A stretch of DNA of 64,000 nt from Caldilineaceae bacterium (lineage in GTDB: Bacteria > Chloroflexota > Anaerolineae > Caldilineales > Caldilineaceae): NCBI GenBank assembly GCA_965232575.1, contig CBDDPZ010000009.1:161217-225216 (forward strand), read 5' to 3'. This document shows positions 1 through 9,380 of the stretch, in pieces. A program made the position numbers and the translations under genes. Within the stretch, counting starts at the first letter, position 1. Each line of letters starts with the position of its first letter. The notes below the pieces were generated by a model. It was not told where the DNA came from and did not search any database. It worked only from the letters and a program-made list of their open reading frames with translations.

Positions 1-2333
1 CCATATTTGTCTGGATCGTTCTGCGCCGCCAGCCATGAGATCATGTTCTCGCGGTTGGCCGGCGTAAAGGGAAGTATCTGGATGAAGTCCAGGTCCTCGC
101 TGCCCGGGAGCTGCATCAATACATAGTAGGGCTCCATGGGCCTGGACTGATTGTCGAAAATCTCTTCCGGCCACGCCCAGACATCTTCTCTATTGTAGAA
201 GTCGGTCGGTTCAGTCATCTGGTAGGTTCGGAAGACACTGGCCTGAATGCTGAAAAGATCATTTGGATAGCGGATATGGGCGTTGAGATCCTCCGGCATC
301 TCCTCGAAGGGGCTGAAGAGAGACGGGAAGATGCGGGCATACGCGGCGGCGATTGGTTCATCCGGCTCTACCAGATAGAAGTCCATCTTGCCGGTATAAG
401 CGTCTATGATGATCTTGACCGGATTGCGAATGTAGTTGAATCCCGGCGAAACAGTCCTGGTCCCGAACTGGCTCGGTTCGCTGTAGGGGAAGCGTCCACT
501 GACAGTATATGCGTCGAGGAACCAGTAAAGGTTGCCGTCTCCACCGACTACGATATATGGGTCCGAGTCGAAACGCAGGAAGGGGGCCACTTCCTGCGTA
601 CGCTGGAGAATGTTGCGTCTCCATAGGAGCTGGCTCTCGGAGTTTAACTCCTGGCTGATAAACAGGTTTATGTCAGCAAATTGAATTGCGAAAGCCAGTC
701 GAGGAAGGAATCCTCCGATTCTGATGCCGGTATCTCCCTCAAAGGTGGTGAAAACGTTGCCGCCTTCACCGCGAGGGTAGTCAAATTCTTCGGTTTCCGT
801 CTTGACGATCACATACTCATTCGTGCGTTCGCCGAAGTAGATCTGAGGGCGGGAGACGTCCAGAATGCCTTGAACGGGGAGGTCCTGCAGCACGAAAGTC
901 GGCAGTCCGTCCGGTGTGATCTCCGCCACGGGTGAAGCTGCTACCCCGTAGCCGTGCGTGTAGACAAGTTTGCGGTTGACCCAGGTTTGTGCGGGCTGTT
1001 CCAACTGCTCAGGAATCAGCTCTCGCGCCGAAAGCATGAGTTGCCGCCGTTCACCTTCGACGTCGTAGCGATCGATATCGATATCGGTGAACTGATACTG
1101 TTGCCGCAATGCCTGCACCTGATTGTAGGTCTGGAGAAGAGGGCGGTAGTCCCAAAGGCGGATGTTTCGAATTGTATCCGGTTGGTCGAGCAGTTCGGCA
1201 CCGGTCAACTCACTCTCGGCATCGAAGTTTTCGTCGACGATCTTGTCCAGACCGAAGGCCGCCCGGGTAAAGTCGATATTGTATGAAATAAATTCCCGCT
1301 CGCGGGTGAACTCGTTGGGGTTGACTTGGAAGCGCTGAACCAGGTTGGGGTAGATGTTGCCTGCCAGCGCGGAAATTGCGATCCAGCCCACGAGGACGAC
1401 AACGATTGCCCGCCATGCCTGCTGCAAGAACACGTTCACAAGCAGCAGTATTGCGGCGATAATCGTGACGAAAACGAGTATATTGAATGCAGGGAGTTGG
1501 GCATTTACGTCGGTGTAGCCTGCTCCGAAGACAGCGCCGCGTGTACTGTAAACAAGCTCCAACGCGTCCAACCGGTATTGCCAGGCGATCAGCAAGAGGA
1601 TCAATGCACCGAGAAAGCTCAAGTGGGCGCGGACCGGGGCAGGCGCGCTCCAACCCCGCCAGCCGATGCCGCTGGCAAGGCCGGTTGCGATCAGAGTGAT
1701 GACAAGCGTCGTCATCAGCCAGCCTCGCAGAAACTGCCAAATCGGCAAGGTGAAGAGGAAGAAACTTACATCACGACCAAAGATCGGGTCGGTCAAGCCA
1801 AACGGTTGTTGATTGAAGTAAAGGAGAAGCTCCTCCCATGCCGAGGAGGCCCCAGTCCCCATGAAGAATGCGAAAAAAGCGCCTACCAATATGACGACTG
1901 GCGTAATTCGGACTCCGACAGCCTGAATCGCTTCAATCAGTGGTGTGTCAGCCAGCCCCTGGGGGTTCAGGCGCCGGACCAGCAGGACATTGAAGATAAA
2001 AACGAGCCAGAAGGCGAGCGCGCCGGCAACAAATAGACCGAGGGATGCTCCGATACGTGTGAAGAATACAGAAGTTAGTTTGAGGCTGTCATACCACAAC
2101 CAGTCTGTGTAGAATCCAAGGACAGTATTGAATAGGATAAGGACCAAGAAAGGGATCAGCATCCACCACAACAACCGACCGCCTCCTCCTGGTCCACCGT
2201 TGCCTCCTCCTTGGCGGGGGGTGCCTGGACCACTCGGACCGTTGTCATCATGGAGCAGTTCTTCTTCAATCTGCTCCCAGTCATCTTCATCCAGATTTTC
2301 CAAGAGCTCATGAAATGGGTTGCGTTCAGCCAT
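1..2333 (-). CDS. UPF0182 family integral membrane protein (N-terminal about 777 codons; C-terminus runs off the left window edge)
   Basis: Absent from the ORF track because no stop lies inside the window. The reverse frame from ATG 2333..2331 stays open to base 1, and no listed minus ORF uses this frame. Translation: MAERNPFHELLENLDEDD..GGGRLLWWMLIPFLVLILFNTVLGFYTDWLWYDSL.., then ..AELLDQPDTIRNIRLWDYRP.., ..NRKLVYTHGYGVAASP.., ..TQEVAPFLRFDSDPYIVVGG..LYWFLDAYTVSGRFPYSEP.., ..NYIRNPVKIIIDAYTGKMDFYLV.., ..MEPYYVLMQLPGSEDLDFIQILPFTPANRENMISWLAAQNDPDKYG. These are the conserved blocks I know from UPF0182 proteins. Confidence 0.85.
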   Translation of the reverse strand, partial: MAERNPFHELLENLDEDDWEQIEEELLHDDNGPSGPGTPRQGGGNGGPGGGGRLLWWMLIPFLVLILFNTVLGFYTDWLWYDSLKLTSVFFTRIGASLGLFVAGALAFWLVFIFNVLLVRRLNPQGLADTPLIEAIQAVGVRITPVVILVGAFFAFFMGTGASSAWEELLLYFNQQPFGLTDPIFGRDVSFFLFTLPIWQFLRGWLMTTLVITLIATGLASGIGWRGWSAPAPVRAHLSFLGALILLLIAWQYRLDALELVYSTRGAVFGAGYTDVNAQLPAFNILVFVTIIAAILLLVNVFLQQAWRAIVVVLVGWIAISALAGNIYPNLVQRFQVNPNEFTREREFISYNIDFTRAAFGLDKIVDENFDAESELTGAELLDQPDTIRNIRLWDYRPLLQTYNQVQALRQQYQFTDIDIDRYDVEGERRQLMLSARELIPEQLEQPAQTWVNRKLVYTHGYGVAASPVAEITPDGLPTFVLQDLPVQGILDVSRPQIYFGERTNEYVIVKTETEEFDYPRGEGGNVFTTFEGDTGIRIGGFLPRLAFAIQFADINLFISQELNSESQLLWRRNILQRTQEVAPFLRFDSDPYIVVGGDGNLYWFLDAYTVSGRFPYSEPSQFGTRTVSPGFNYIRNPVKIIIDAYTGKMDFYLVEPDEPIAAAYARIFPSLFSPFEEMPEDLNAHIRYPNDLFSIQASVFRTYQMTEPTDFYNREDVWAWPEEIFDNQSRPMEPYYVLMQLPGSEDLDFIQILPFTPANRENMISWLAAQNDPDKY

Positions 2334-2450
2334 ATTTGTTCCTTGTCGATTAGGAGGGACCGTTGGTGGGGCGGTCTGTTGCCTGGGGCAACTGAAATGG
2401 GAAGAGACCGGTACCCCGCGCGATTCAAAATCCCTGCGCTTGTGCTGGCA

Positions 2451-2459
2451 ATTATAACA
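2451..2459 (-). promoter_or_regulatory. putative extended -10 promoter element (TGTTATAAT) for the UPF0182 gene
   Basis: The minus strand reads TGTTATAAT about 120 nt upstream of ATG 2333. There is no good -35, so the call relies on the TGn extension only. Confidence 0.35.
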
Positions 2460-2933
2460 GAACTCGCCTCAATCGGCGCGTCTCATCAACGGGCTGAGTG
2501 AACAAGGCGATGCGCCTTTCTCTTCAGGAGCAGAGAGTAACGAGCATATGCAGGCCCGCAACACCTCTGACTTTCCCGATTTTCGGCCGTCCCGCACTGC
2601 TGGTTGCCTTCACACCTCAGTATCCACAGATTCCAATGGTGTGAATCTCTTCAGGCCTGGGCCGTCGGAATTCCCAGCATCCATTATCCCGGTCACTCGT
2701 ACGCCAGACAAAGTTCCCCGAAAGGAGAGAGGGCGATTGCAGAAACGTACAGTCGGTCCCGTAAGGGTAGGGTCGGGACAAAGCACCATTGCAGAAATGA
2801 AAGAGGTTCGGAATCAGATCGATTGCCGTGCTATACTCTATTACACTCTTCATTTAATGTGAATTCAATTTGATATCAAGACTTTTCACACACCGCATCC
2901 TGGGATCGCGGGCGTCTCGCCCGCCCTGCCGAT

Positions 2934-3950
2934 ATGCGCAAGCTCTTGATCTCATTTGGGATCTACATTAGATCAGCTAGAGTTCCAATGTCCATGGCCT
3001 TTAATTTCTTTCCTGTAACTGAACTGCCCAGACAAAGTGCGCTTTTGCAAGCTCTGGTCCCCGATCTAGCTGCTTTAGAGCAGACAGGTGGTGTTTGGCT
3101 GACCGGTTCGCTGGCGCGTGGTGATGCCGACCGCTGGAGCAGCGTCGATCTGCATTTGCTGTGGGGCGTGGACGGTCCTGAATCAGCTGTCTCGGCCAGT
3201 CCTTCCAGCGCGCTGCGGAAAAGAATTGAAAAGACGCTAGGGGAAGACAATGTACTCATTGAGAAGATCGACGACTCAGATAGAGGCGGCTCCTTTCGAG
3301 GCATCAGTTTGGGAACGCCATCCACAGTCGATGTATTGAACGACCTGGGACAGGCAGGCGTTCTATTCGAGCTCTCCTGGATGCTGTCGACCAATGCCGA
3401 AGGAATATCAGGCCCGACGGGACCTCTACAGCCACTGTACATATCAGAACAGTTGGCTGGCAAGTACAGCCGGGCTATGAACAGTAAACGGGCGATGATC
3501 GGGCCGCCTGACGCCGGGGTGATTGAGAGGCAACTAGGGCATTTCTGGTTGCTGCTGGCGCGGCTGCCAGCGGTGGTAGGGCGTCAGGAACAGATGGCCG
3601 CTCACTTACTGTTGACTGAAATGCGCGCTCTGCTTATTGACCTGGTTGTGTCCTTGAACGGCGGCAGCCGTCCCCAGACGAGGGCTCGAATCAATCAATA
3701 CTTGGGCCAGGCCCAGCGGGAGGCATTTGAGAAAAGCTTAGGGTTACGACGGTCGGTGCAGCAAAGGATGGCCGAAAACTGCGCTAACTGGATTGGGCAA
3801 GCGGTCGCCCTTGTCGTCCTTTATCGCTGGTATGGGCCGCAACTCGCGAAGAATTACTCGTTGCCCTATCCGCAGGTGGCTGAAAACACGGTACTTGCCC
3901 TGTTGAGCGCAGAATTGGAAAACTGGCCGGCTCGCATTACAACGGAGTGA
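2934..3950 (+). CDS. nucleotidyltransferase-fold domain protein
   Basis: ORF track. ..GGVWLTGSLARGDADRWSSVDLHLLW.. is the G-S-x(n)-D-x-D signature of pol-beta-type nucleotidyltransferases. It is followed by a roughly 230-aa helical C-terminal region. Start uncertain (ATG 2934, 2988 or 2994). Confidence 0.7.
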   Translation: MRKLLISFGIYIRSARVPMSMAFNFFPVTELPRQSALLQALVPDLAALEQTGGVWLTGSLARGDADRWSSVDLHLLWGVDGPESAVSASPSSALRKRIEKTLGEDNVLIEKIDDSDRGGSFRGISLGTPSTVDVLNDLGQAGVLFELSWMLSTNAEGISGPTGPLQPLYISEQLAGKYSRAMNSKRAMIGPPDAGVIERQLGHFWLLLARLPAVVGRQEQMAAHLLLTEMRALLIDLVVSLNGGSRPQTRARINQYLGQAQREAFEKSLGLRRSVQQRMAENCANWIGQAVALVVLYRWYGPQLAKNYSLPYPQVAENTVLALLSAELENWPARITTE

Positions 3951-4047
3951 CAACAGGTGTCTGGCACCGAATACCAAGAAGCTGTTTGAGAAGGGTCAAT
4001 AGGGAGCCAGTCGGCGAACCATAAGACGAATCGCGATGGGTTCTCAG

Positions 4048-5253
4048 TTAGCTTGATCCTGGCAAGGCCTTGTTGACGTAGATGGGGTTGCTGAATATCC
4101 ACCCACGCGGTTTGCCCCACCGTTGCTTCCAGACCTCCACCCTGTAGATGCCGGCGTCGCGAACTTGGTAAGTGAGAGCTGAAGTGTGTCCCTGCGCGAT
4201 GACCCGTCCGTTGCGCAGAATACGGGTGTCGGCTACTTCAGGGCTCTGCACGTGCAGGTTCAGGGACATCCCCTCGGTAAGGCTGAACGAGTCGCCCATT
4301 ACGGCGAATGCCTCTTCATCACTTGAAAGAGTTGCCACAGGGGGATTTGTGGTTGGGCCATTTCCGATTCTCTTGCGTTCCGCCCAGAAACGGAATCGCT
4401 CGGTAGAACCTACCAAGTCATAGCCCAGCCAGCAGTGTCCTCTGCGCAAGGCCTCAAGGACAACACTTCGGTCGTGCAGTGTGTTTGGGTCGCTATAATC
4501 GTAGTCGCTATTTGCCGGTGGACCGATCAGAGGCGTGTCGGTCAAGATGTGCGTGTTCAGCGCCCTCGCGCTTTCTTCGTAGTTCAAAAAGCGACGGCTT
4601 ATCGGGCCGAGGCGGTACTTAACGGCATGGACATCGGTGCCGCCGAGGGCCACAACGGGTCTCTCCTGCGTCAGTTCGTCCCACTTTTTCAACATCGCGG
4701 GCAGCGGTCCGACCGCGAAGAGCCGTGGGAAGAAGCTCACGAGCGCAGCACGCAAGTAGCTGGTCGTGAATCCACGGAAGCCGGAGAGGTAATTCCACAG
4801 TTCCACCCCGTGATAGTCGGTAACTTCCCAACTTTGCCAAGGATAGCACTTGGAGAAGAGTTCGGTCGTCTCTTCGATTGGATGGGCGAGGAACGCCAAG
4901 GCATTCTGTTGATTGACGGCCTCAATGAGTTGTTGAGGATCTGAAGCCTGGCTGCTGACGTCGGTATCTACGCCCAGGCAGAGCAGATGGTTGCCTGAGG
5001 GCTCGCGCTGGGTGTCGTGCACCTCCTGACCGACAAGTGTGAGGACGCCGCGGCGGTACCCTTCCTCCTCTTCACGAACCAGAACATTGTGATCAGTGAC
5101 AAAGACGAAGTCAAGCCCGCCCTTTACGGCCCCGTCGATGAGGTCCTCAAAGGAGCCGAAGCCATCGCTATGGGTCGTGTGCATGTGTATGTTGCCGAAA
5201 TACTCATAGAGTTCTGGGGAAGGATTTGCTTGGTCCATAGCGAAATTGTCCAA
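4048..5253 (-). CDS. PHP-domain metallohydrolase (CehA/McbA-like)
   Basis: ORF track. ..YFGNIHMHTTHSDGFGSFEDLIDGAVKGGLDFVFVTDHN.. carries the HxH..D..H PHP metal-binding motifs. Confidence 0.85.
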   Translation of the reverse strand: MDNFAMDQANPSPELYEYFGNIHMHTTHSDGFGSFEDLIDGAVKGGLDFVFVTDHNVLVREEEEGYRRGVLTLVGQEVHDTQREPSGNHLLCLGVDTDVSSQASDPQQLIEAVNQQNALAFLAHPIEETTELFSKCYPWQSWEVTDYHGVELWNYLSGFRGFTTSYLRAALVSFFPRLFAVGPLPAMLKKWDELTQERPVVALGGTDVHAVKYRLGPISRRFLNYEESARALNTHILTDTPLIGPPANSDYDYSDPNTLHDRSVVLEALRRGHCWLGYDLVGSTERFRFWAERKRIGNGPTTNPPVATLSSDEEAFAVMGDSFSLTEGMSLNLHVQSPEVADTRILRNGRVIAQGHTSALTYQVRDAGIYRVEVWKQRWGKPRGWIFSNPIYVNKALPGSS

Positions 5254-5339
5254 TAGCTTCGTACAGGAGCGGCGTTGGATACAAGATGGCTACAGATGTG
5301 GCCTGAAACGTCGCGCCTGCCAGGGTTGGGATAAGGCAC

Positions 5340-6407
5340 TCAGGGCAGTTTTGGATGGGGATGCTGCTTCACCGATGGCTGCGAAGTGCGCTTCGTTTCT
5401 TCCTCTGCTATCCGTTCTTCCAGGATTTTGCGGGCTTGGTAGCGCTTGCGTTCTTCTGAAAGCCAGCGGCCAGGGTTTTCCGGATCAACGATGGGGCGCG
5501 CCGAAATCAAGAAAACGGTGTGGCCAACCATCGTGTCGTCGGGACGCAGCCGATCAGGGACCGGCTTGTAGGCGCGAACAAGGACCTCTTCTACAGTGAT
5601 GTCGGCGAACCCTGAACTCTCCAGACCGTGCAGAAGTTCGCCGACCTGGTTTGTTGTAGGTACCAGGGCGACAAAGAAGCCTCCCGGACGCAGGGCTCGA
5701 CGGGCCTGTTCCAAAAAGATCCAGGGAGTACGCAGGTCCAGTACCAAGGCGTCTACGTTCATCTGGTTGAAACCTTCGAGGATCGAGGCTGCGTGCAGTT
5801 CCACATGTTGCAGGAGTCCCATCTTTTCCAAGTTGCTGCGTGCAACTTGGAGGTGGTCTTCCCTGATTTCATATGAGAAGACACGACCGGCGGGTGCAAC
5901 CGCCCAAGCCAATGCGATCGTGAGAGCGCCACTGCCGGTGCCTGCTTCGATCACGCGGCTGCCGGCCCGCAAATTCAGCCGGCGAACGATCATGGCTGCA
6001 TCTTTGGGGAAGATGATCTGCGTATTCCTTTTGATCCGCGTCATGCGGTCGTCGAGAGACGGTTCCAGCAACAGCATGGCGTGGCCCAAGTGACTGTAGA
6101 TGGTTGTGCCGTAGGGAAGGTCAATGAGTTCGTCATGCTGAACCTTACCCAGATTGGAGTGGAACTGACGACCCGGCTGAAGACGCAATAGATGGCGCTT
6201 ACCTCCTCCGGTTAGGAGTAGTACCAATTCATCGGCCTTTGTCAGCGACGGACCTAACTGTCCTCGATTAGAAGAAGAGGTCGAAGGAGAGTCTTGCCGG
6301 TGGGCCAGACTCAACTCTGAATTCTCTTTGGTGGCCGGTTCGGGAACCGGCGAATCTCCGTTTTCCACCAAATTGGCCTCACGCCGGGGCAGAGCTGCAA
6401 CGGGCAA
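5340..6407 (-). CDS. trmI: tRNA (adenine58-N1)-methyltransferase TrmI/GCD14 family
   Basis: ..RNTQIIFPKDAAMIVRRLNLRAGSRVIEAGTGSGALTIALAWAV..VFSYEIREDHLQVAR..DALVLDLRTPW.. matches TrmI, including SAM motif I. The TTG start at 6407 adds an S/P-rich N-extension of about 55 aa. A later start (for example the TTG before VLLLTGGGK) is possible. Confidence 0.85.
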   Translation of the reverse strand: MPVAALPRREANLVENGDSPVPEPATKENSELSLAHRQDSPSTSSSNRGQLGPSLTKADELVLLLTGGGKRHLLRLQPGRQFHSNLGKVQHDELIDLPYGTTIYSHLGHAMLLLEPSLDDRMTRIKRNTQIIFPKDAAMIVRRLNLRAGSRVIEAGTGSGALTIALAWAVAPAGRVFSYEIREDHLQVARSNLEKMGLLQHVELHAASILEGFNQMNVDALVLDLRTPWIFLEQARRALRPGGFFVALVPTTNQVGELLHGLESSGFADITVEEVLVRAYKPVPDRLRPDDTMVGHTVFLISARPIVDPENPGRWLSEERKRYQARKILEERIAEEETKRTSQPSVKQHPHPKLP

Positions 6408-6675
6408 ATTTTGGCTCTATAGTCATGCGGAAAAGGCTTTTGAAGAGAGTCTCCAAGAGTCCTCTCTTGTTGATTATAGTCACTGATGAGTCAGATCGAC
6501 AAGGGCAGGCCGCAAAGAGCAGTTTTTTTGGGAAGCTCATAATCCTGTCAATAGGCCGCAATTCAGGAAAAAGCGGCGACGGTCCGCTCTGCGTTCTCAA
6601 AACAGGGCATATAAGTCGTTCAAGTTGCGGAGATATTTCGGAAGTATTCCGAGGGAGGGCCCTCTCAAAATGAAA

Positions 6676-6704
6676 TTGACACGCACTCTAAGGGGATGTA
6701 GAAT
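6676..6704 (+). promoter_or_regulatory. near-consensus sigma70-type promoter (TTGACA-17-TAGAAT)
   Basis: TTGACA at 6676..6681, exactly 17 nt spacer, TAGAAT at 6699..6704 with TG directly abutting. It lies about 280 nt upstream of the lipoprotein ATG at 6986. Confidence 0.6.
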
Positions 6705-6985
6705 ATACAATGGCCTAAGCGCTCATTATTTGGTCCGGGTCGGGCGCGGTTAGAGAAAGTTGGTCAGAGGCCTTGAAAAGGATCGTCCAGCCAGGGCAAT
6801 AGCCATAGGACCGGGGCCAGAGGTACAAAAGTTATCCTAATAATGGCCGGCGCGACTCGGGCTGGATCCTGACAGCCTCGAAAGGGCTGACTACACAGGG
6901 CCTGAATTATGACGGCGAAGAGACGAACATCTTGTTATCGGATTTTCAATTGTCGAGATCTACTCTAATTACCAGGAGGCCTCGA

Positions 6986-8044
6986 ATGCAGAAACGCGTC
7001 ACGTTTTGGGCTGTTCTCTTGATTGTCGTCGCAGTCGTTATTTCAGGTTGCACGGCCAGAGTCGACGCTGGATCTATGGTCGAGAGAGGGCCGGATGAAT
7101 TCTACATCGACCTGCCGCCAATCGTAATTGATTACGCTTCAGATGGCACTGCGTCCGTCGGCGGGTTGTCACATATGGTAGTGGGCAATGTAGAACAGCC
7201 TCCTGGCATGATTTATGTACCTGAACCGGGAGTCAGGCTGGGGCTTGAGACGATGCTATACGGGTTATCGTTGCCTCCGATCTGGGTGCAGCACTTCACT
7301 GCGTCCAACCTCCAGCATTTGCGCGTAGCGAACGGGGACGAAGGAATCTTGCTCTTCGCGAACGGGCAGCGAATTCCCTCGCTGGTATGGGAAGAAGAGT
7401 CGTTGGCTGCAACGGGGGAGGCTGTGTCAGCGTTGGGCTTGGGAGTCCCCGCACTGAATAAGGTGCTGCCACTGATTCGGAACTTCGACCTTGGGGTTGT
7501 GCTTAGATTTCCTGTCCAGGAAGGGGCAGAGTTGATTCCCCTCAGCGGAGTCGAAGAGAGTGAAGAAGTCACCATGGCCCGCATGCTGCAGAAGCAGGTC
7601 CTGGAGACATTTGGGGGATCTTTGCCGACAATCGACATTCCCATTCTGTATCATGCTGATGGCAGTTGGACCTTGGGAGAACTGTCCGACGTGGATTGGA
7701 CGGTTTTGACCAGTACGCCTTTCTACGCGCTGCGCCTACCACCTGAAATAATCAGCGGACTGACGAGTTCCGGGATTTATACTGTGACCCTGACAACCGA
7801 CCCGGACGGCATTCACATCTCCTTGAACGGCATCGGTCTCCCGTACCTTTCGTGGGGAAGCGGAGAAGTGCAGAATGTGCTTGCCCTCACCAAGCAGTTG
7901 GGCGTTTTTGACAGCGTTTCGGCACTGGTACCCGGCGCCGATATGGACTCGGTACTATCGCTGGTGGAGAATCTGCTACCTATCATTCAGGCGACAAACG
8001 CTAACATAACGATCTATTTGCCGGGTTCAGAGATGGGTAACTGA
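6986..8044 (+). CDS. lipoprotein of unknown function with an internal two-fold repeat
   Basis: ORF track 6932..8044. I place the start at ATG 6986 because AGGAGG lies 6 nt upstream. Signal plus lipobox: MQKRVTFWAVLLIVVAVVISGC. Repeated block: ..LSLPPIWVQHFTASNLQHLRVANGDEGILLFANGQRIPSLVW.. versus ..LRLPPEIISGLTSSGIYTVTLTTDPDGIHISLNGIGLPYLSW... Confidence 0.75.
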   Translation: MQKRVTFWAVLLIVVAVVISGCTARVDAGSMVERGPDEFYIDLPPIVIDYASDGTASVGGLSHMVVGNVEQPPGMIYVPEPGVRLGLETMLYGLSLPPIWVQHFTASNLQHLRVANGDEGILLFANGQRIPSLVWEEESLAATGEAVSALGLGVPALNKVLPLIRNFDLGVVLRFPVQEGAELIPLSGVEESEEVTMARMLQKQVLETFGGSLPTIDIPILYHADGSWTLGELSDVDWTVLTSTPFYALRLPPEIISGLTSSGIYTVTLTTDPDGIHISLNGIGLPYLSWGSGEVQNVLALTKQLGVFDSVSALVPGADMDSVLSLVENLLPIIQATNANITIYLPGSEMGN

Positions 8045-8110
8045 GCCGGGTTGAAGGCCTAAACGAGCTGGGGCGGATGGGAAGAGAAAAACGGGTTCAT
8101 CTTCTTTCAA

Positions 8111-8152
8111 TAGAGCAGGTGTAGAGTTCCTACACCTGCTCTATTCCTTTTT
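8111..8152 (+). terminator. Rho-independent terminator
   Basis: Perfect 14-bp stem (8111..8124 tagagcaggtgtag pairs with 8130..8143 ctacacctgctcta), 5-nt loop, then ttcctttttg. Sits between convergent genes. Confidence 0.8.
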
Positions 8153-8230
8153 GGGAAAGAGTTGGCAGCGTTTTTCGATGGATTAGCGTCTTTGGGGACG
8201 GTCTCAATCCTCTTACCAACTAACCAGGTT

Positions 8231-9280
8231 CTAGAGGGTTTCCGTTACTTTCTGAAGACCGCGGGGTCGGTCCGGGTCGAAGTCACGGGCAGCTGCCAGG
8301 AACAAGGCGAACAACTGACCCGGAACGATTGCAAGTAACGGCGACAGCCACTCAGGAACGGCTGGAAAGGGAAACTGGGTGCGGCCCAGACTCAAGAGGG
8401 TGCGGTCATTGCTCACGCAAAGCAGTTCGGCATCCATATTTCGGAGCTGTCGAACAAAGGGTCCCAACTCCGGTATCAATACACCGCTTGGAGCCACCAC
8501 GATTACCGGGAAAGCGGGTTCGATCAGACTTACTGGACCATGTAGAAAGTCTGCGCTGCTATAGGGTTCGGCGAGTGTGTAAGTAAGTTCCTTTATTTTC
8601 AGCGCAATTTCAAAGGCTGTGGAGTAGTTGAATCCTCGACCGACAACAACGCAATTGCGTACGTAGCGGTAACGTTCTGCCAGTCGTTCTACTTCACTGT
8701 TCATTGAGAGGGTCTGTCTAATCAGGTCCGGCCCCTTTTCCAGCATGGCGATTCCATCGGAGTCGTCAGCCAGGTGAGCCGAGAGAAGCCCAACTGCATA
8801 GAGCTGAGCGGTGTATGTCTTGGTTGCCGCGATGGAGCGCTCTTCGCCGGCCCCCAGGCCAACTAAGTGGTCGGCCTGTTTTGCCAATGGAGAGTCAACG
8901 AAGTTGGTGATTGCGGCCGTAACGCAGCCTTGCCGCCTTGCCTCTGCGAGAACGCTTACGATGTCAGGGCTTTGCCCACTTTGGCTTATGCCCAAGACAA
9001 GCGTATTCGGGGCGAAGAGCGGGGGTTTCTGATATAAAGTGAATAGACTTGGAGTGGTCAGCATAACCGGGAGCCGGTTGTTTGCTCCAAGCAGGTACTG
9101 TGTGTAGCGAGCGGCATTGTCGCTCGTGCCCCTGGCCGCGACGACGACTTGACGAATGTGGGCGTCCCGTATGTGGGCCGCGAGTTTCTTCACGGGGCCC
9201 TGCCCCAACTGTGCGAACTGTTCAATGACATCCGGTTGCTGGTGGATCTCCTGGAAGAGAATGGAATCTGACCCCATCAT
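8231..9280 (-). CDS. SIS-domain sugar-phosphate isomerase/deaminase (GlmS C-terminal / AgaS / FrlB-like)
   Basis: ..[20 protein letters not shown].. and ..[25 protein letters not shown].. are SIS motifs, and there are two SIS modules. Start moved to ATG 9280 (AAAGGA upstream). The ORF-track start at 9436 would overlap the divergent gene at 9381. Confidence 0.85.
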   Translation of the reverse strand: MMGSDSILFQEIHQQPDVIEQFAQLGQGPVKKLAAHIRDAHIRQVVVAARGTSDNAARYTQYLLGANNRLPVMLTTPSLFTLYQKPPLFAPNTLVLGISQSGQSPDIVSVLAEARRQGCVTAAITNFVDSPLAKQADHLVGLGAGEERSIAATKTYTAQLYAVGLLSAHLADDSDGIAMLEKGPDLIRQTLSMNSEVERLAERYRYVRNCVVVGRGFNYSTAFEIALKIKELTYTLAEPYSSADFLHGPVSLIEPAFPVIVVAPSGVLIPELGPFVRQLRNMDAELLCVSNDRTLLSLGRTQFPFPAVPEWLSPLLAIVPGQLFALFLAAARDFDPDRPRGLQKVTETL

Positions 9281-9380
9281 GAGTCCTTTCGCGCCATGGG
9301 AAGTGCAAGTCGAATAGAGTATAACATTTCCGCCGAAGATCACACTGTCTACGAACTGAGTTACTTGAGGACATATACCA

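Noticed and set aside
2805-2815. GGTTCGGAATC, a tRNA T-loop-like string.
   Set aside because: The flanking bases cannot form a T-stem, an acceptor stem or an anticodon arm on either strand.
2934-5253. Nucleotidyltransferase plus PHP phosphoesterase, considered as a possible toxin-antitoxin or nucleotide-signalling defence pair. DUF58/transglutaminase/RIO was considered similarly.
   Set aside because: The nucleotidyltransferase and PHP genes are convergent, so they are not an operon. No HEPN, effector, cyclase or sensor partner is present. All components have ordinary housekeeping-type relatives.
6762-6799. GGTCAGAGGCC..GAAAAGG..AGCCAGGGCAA, vaguely like the SRP RNA domain IV (GGUCAGGUCCGGAAGGAAGCAGCCAAGGCAG).
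   Set aside because: The invariant GUCAGGUCC-GGAA-GGAAGCAGC core is not reproduced. No closing helix 5/8 pairing could be drawn.
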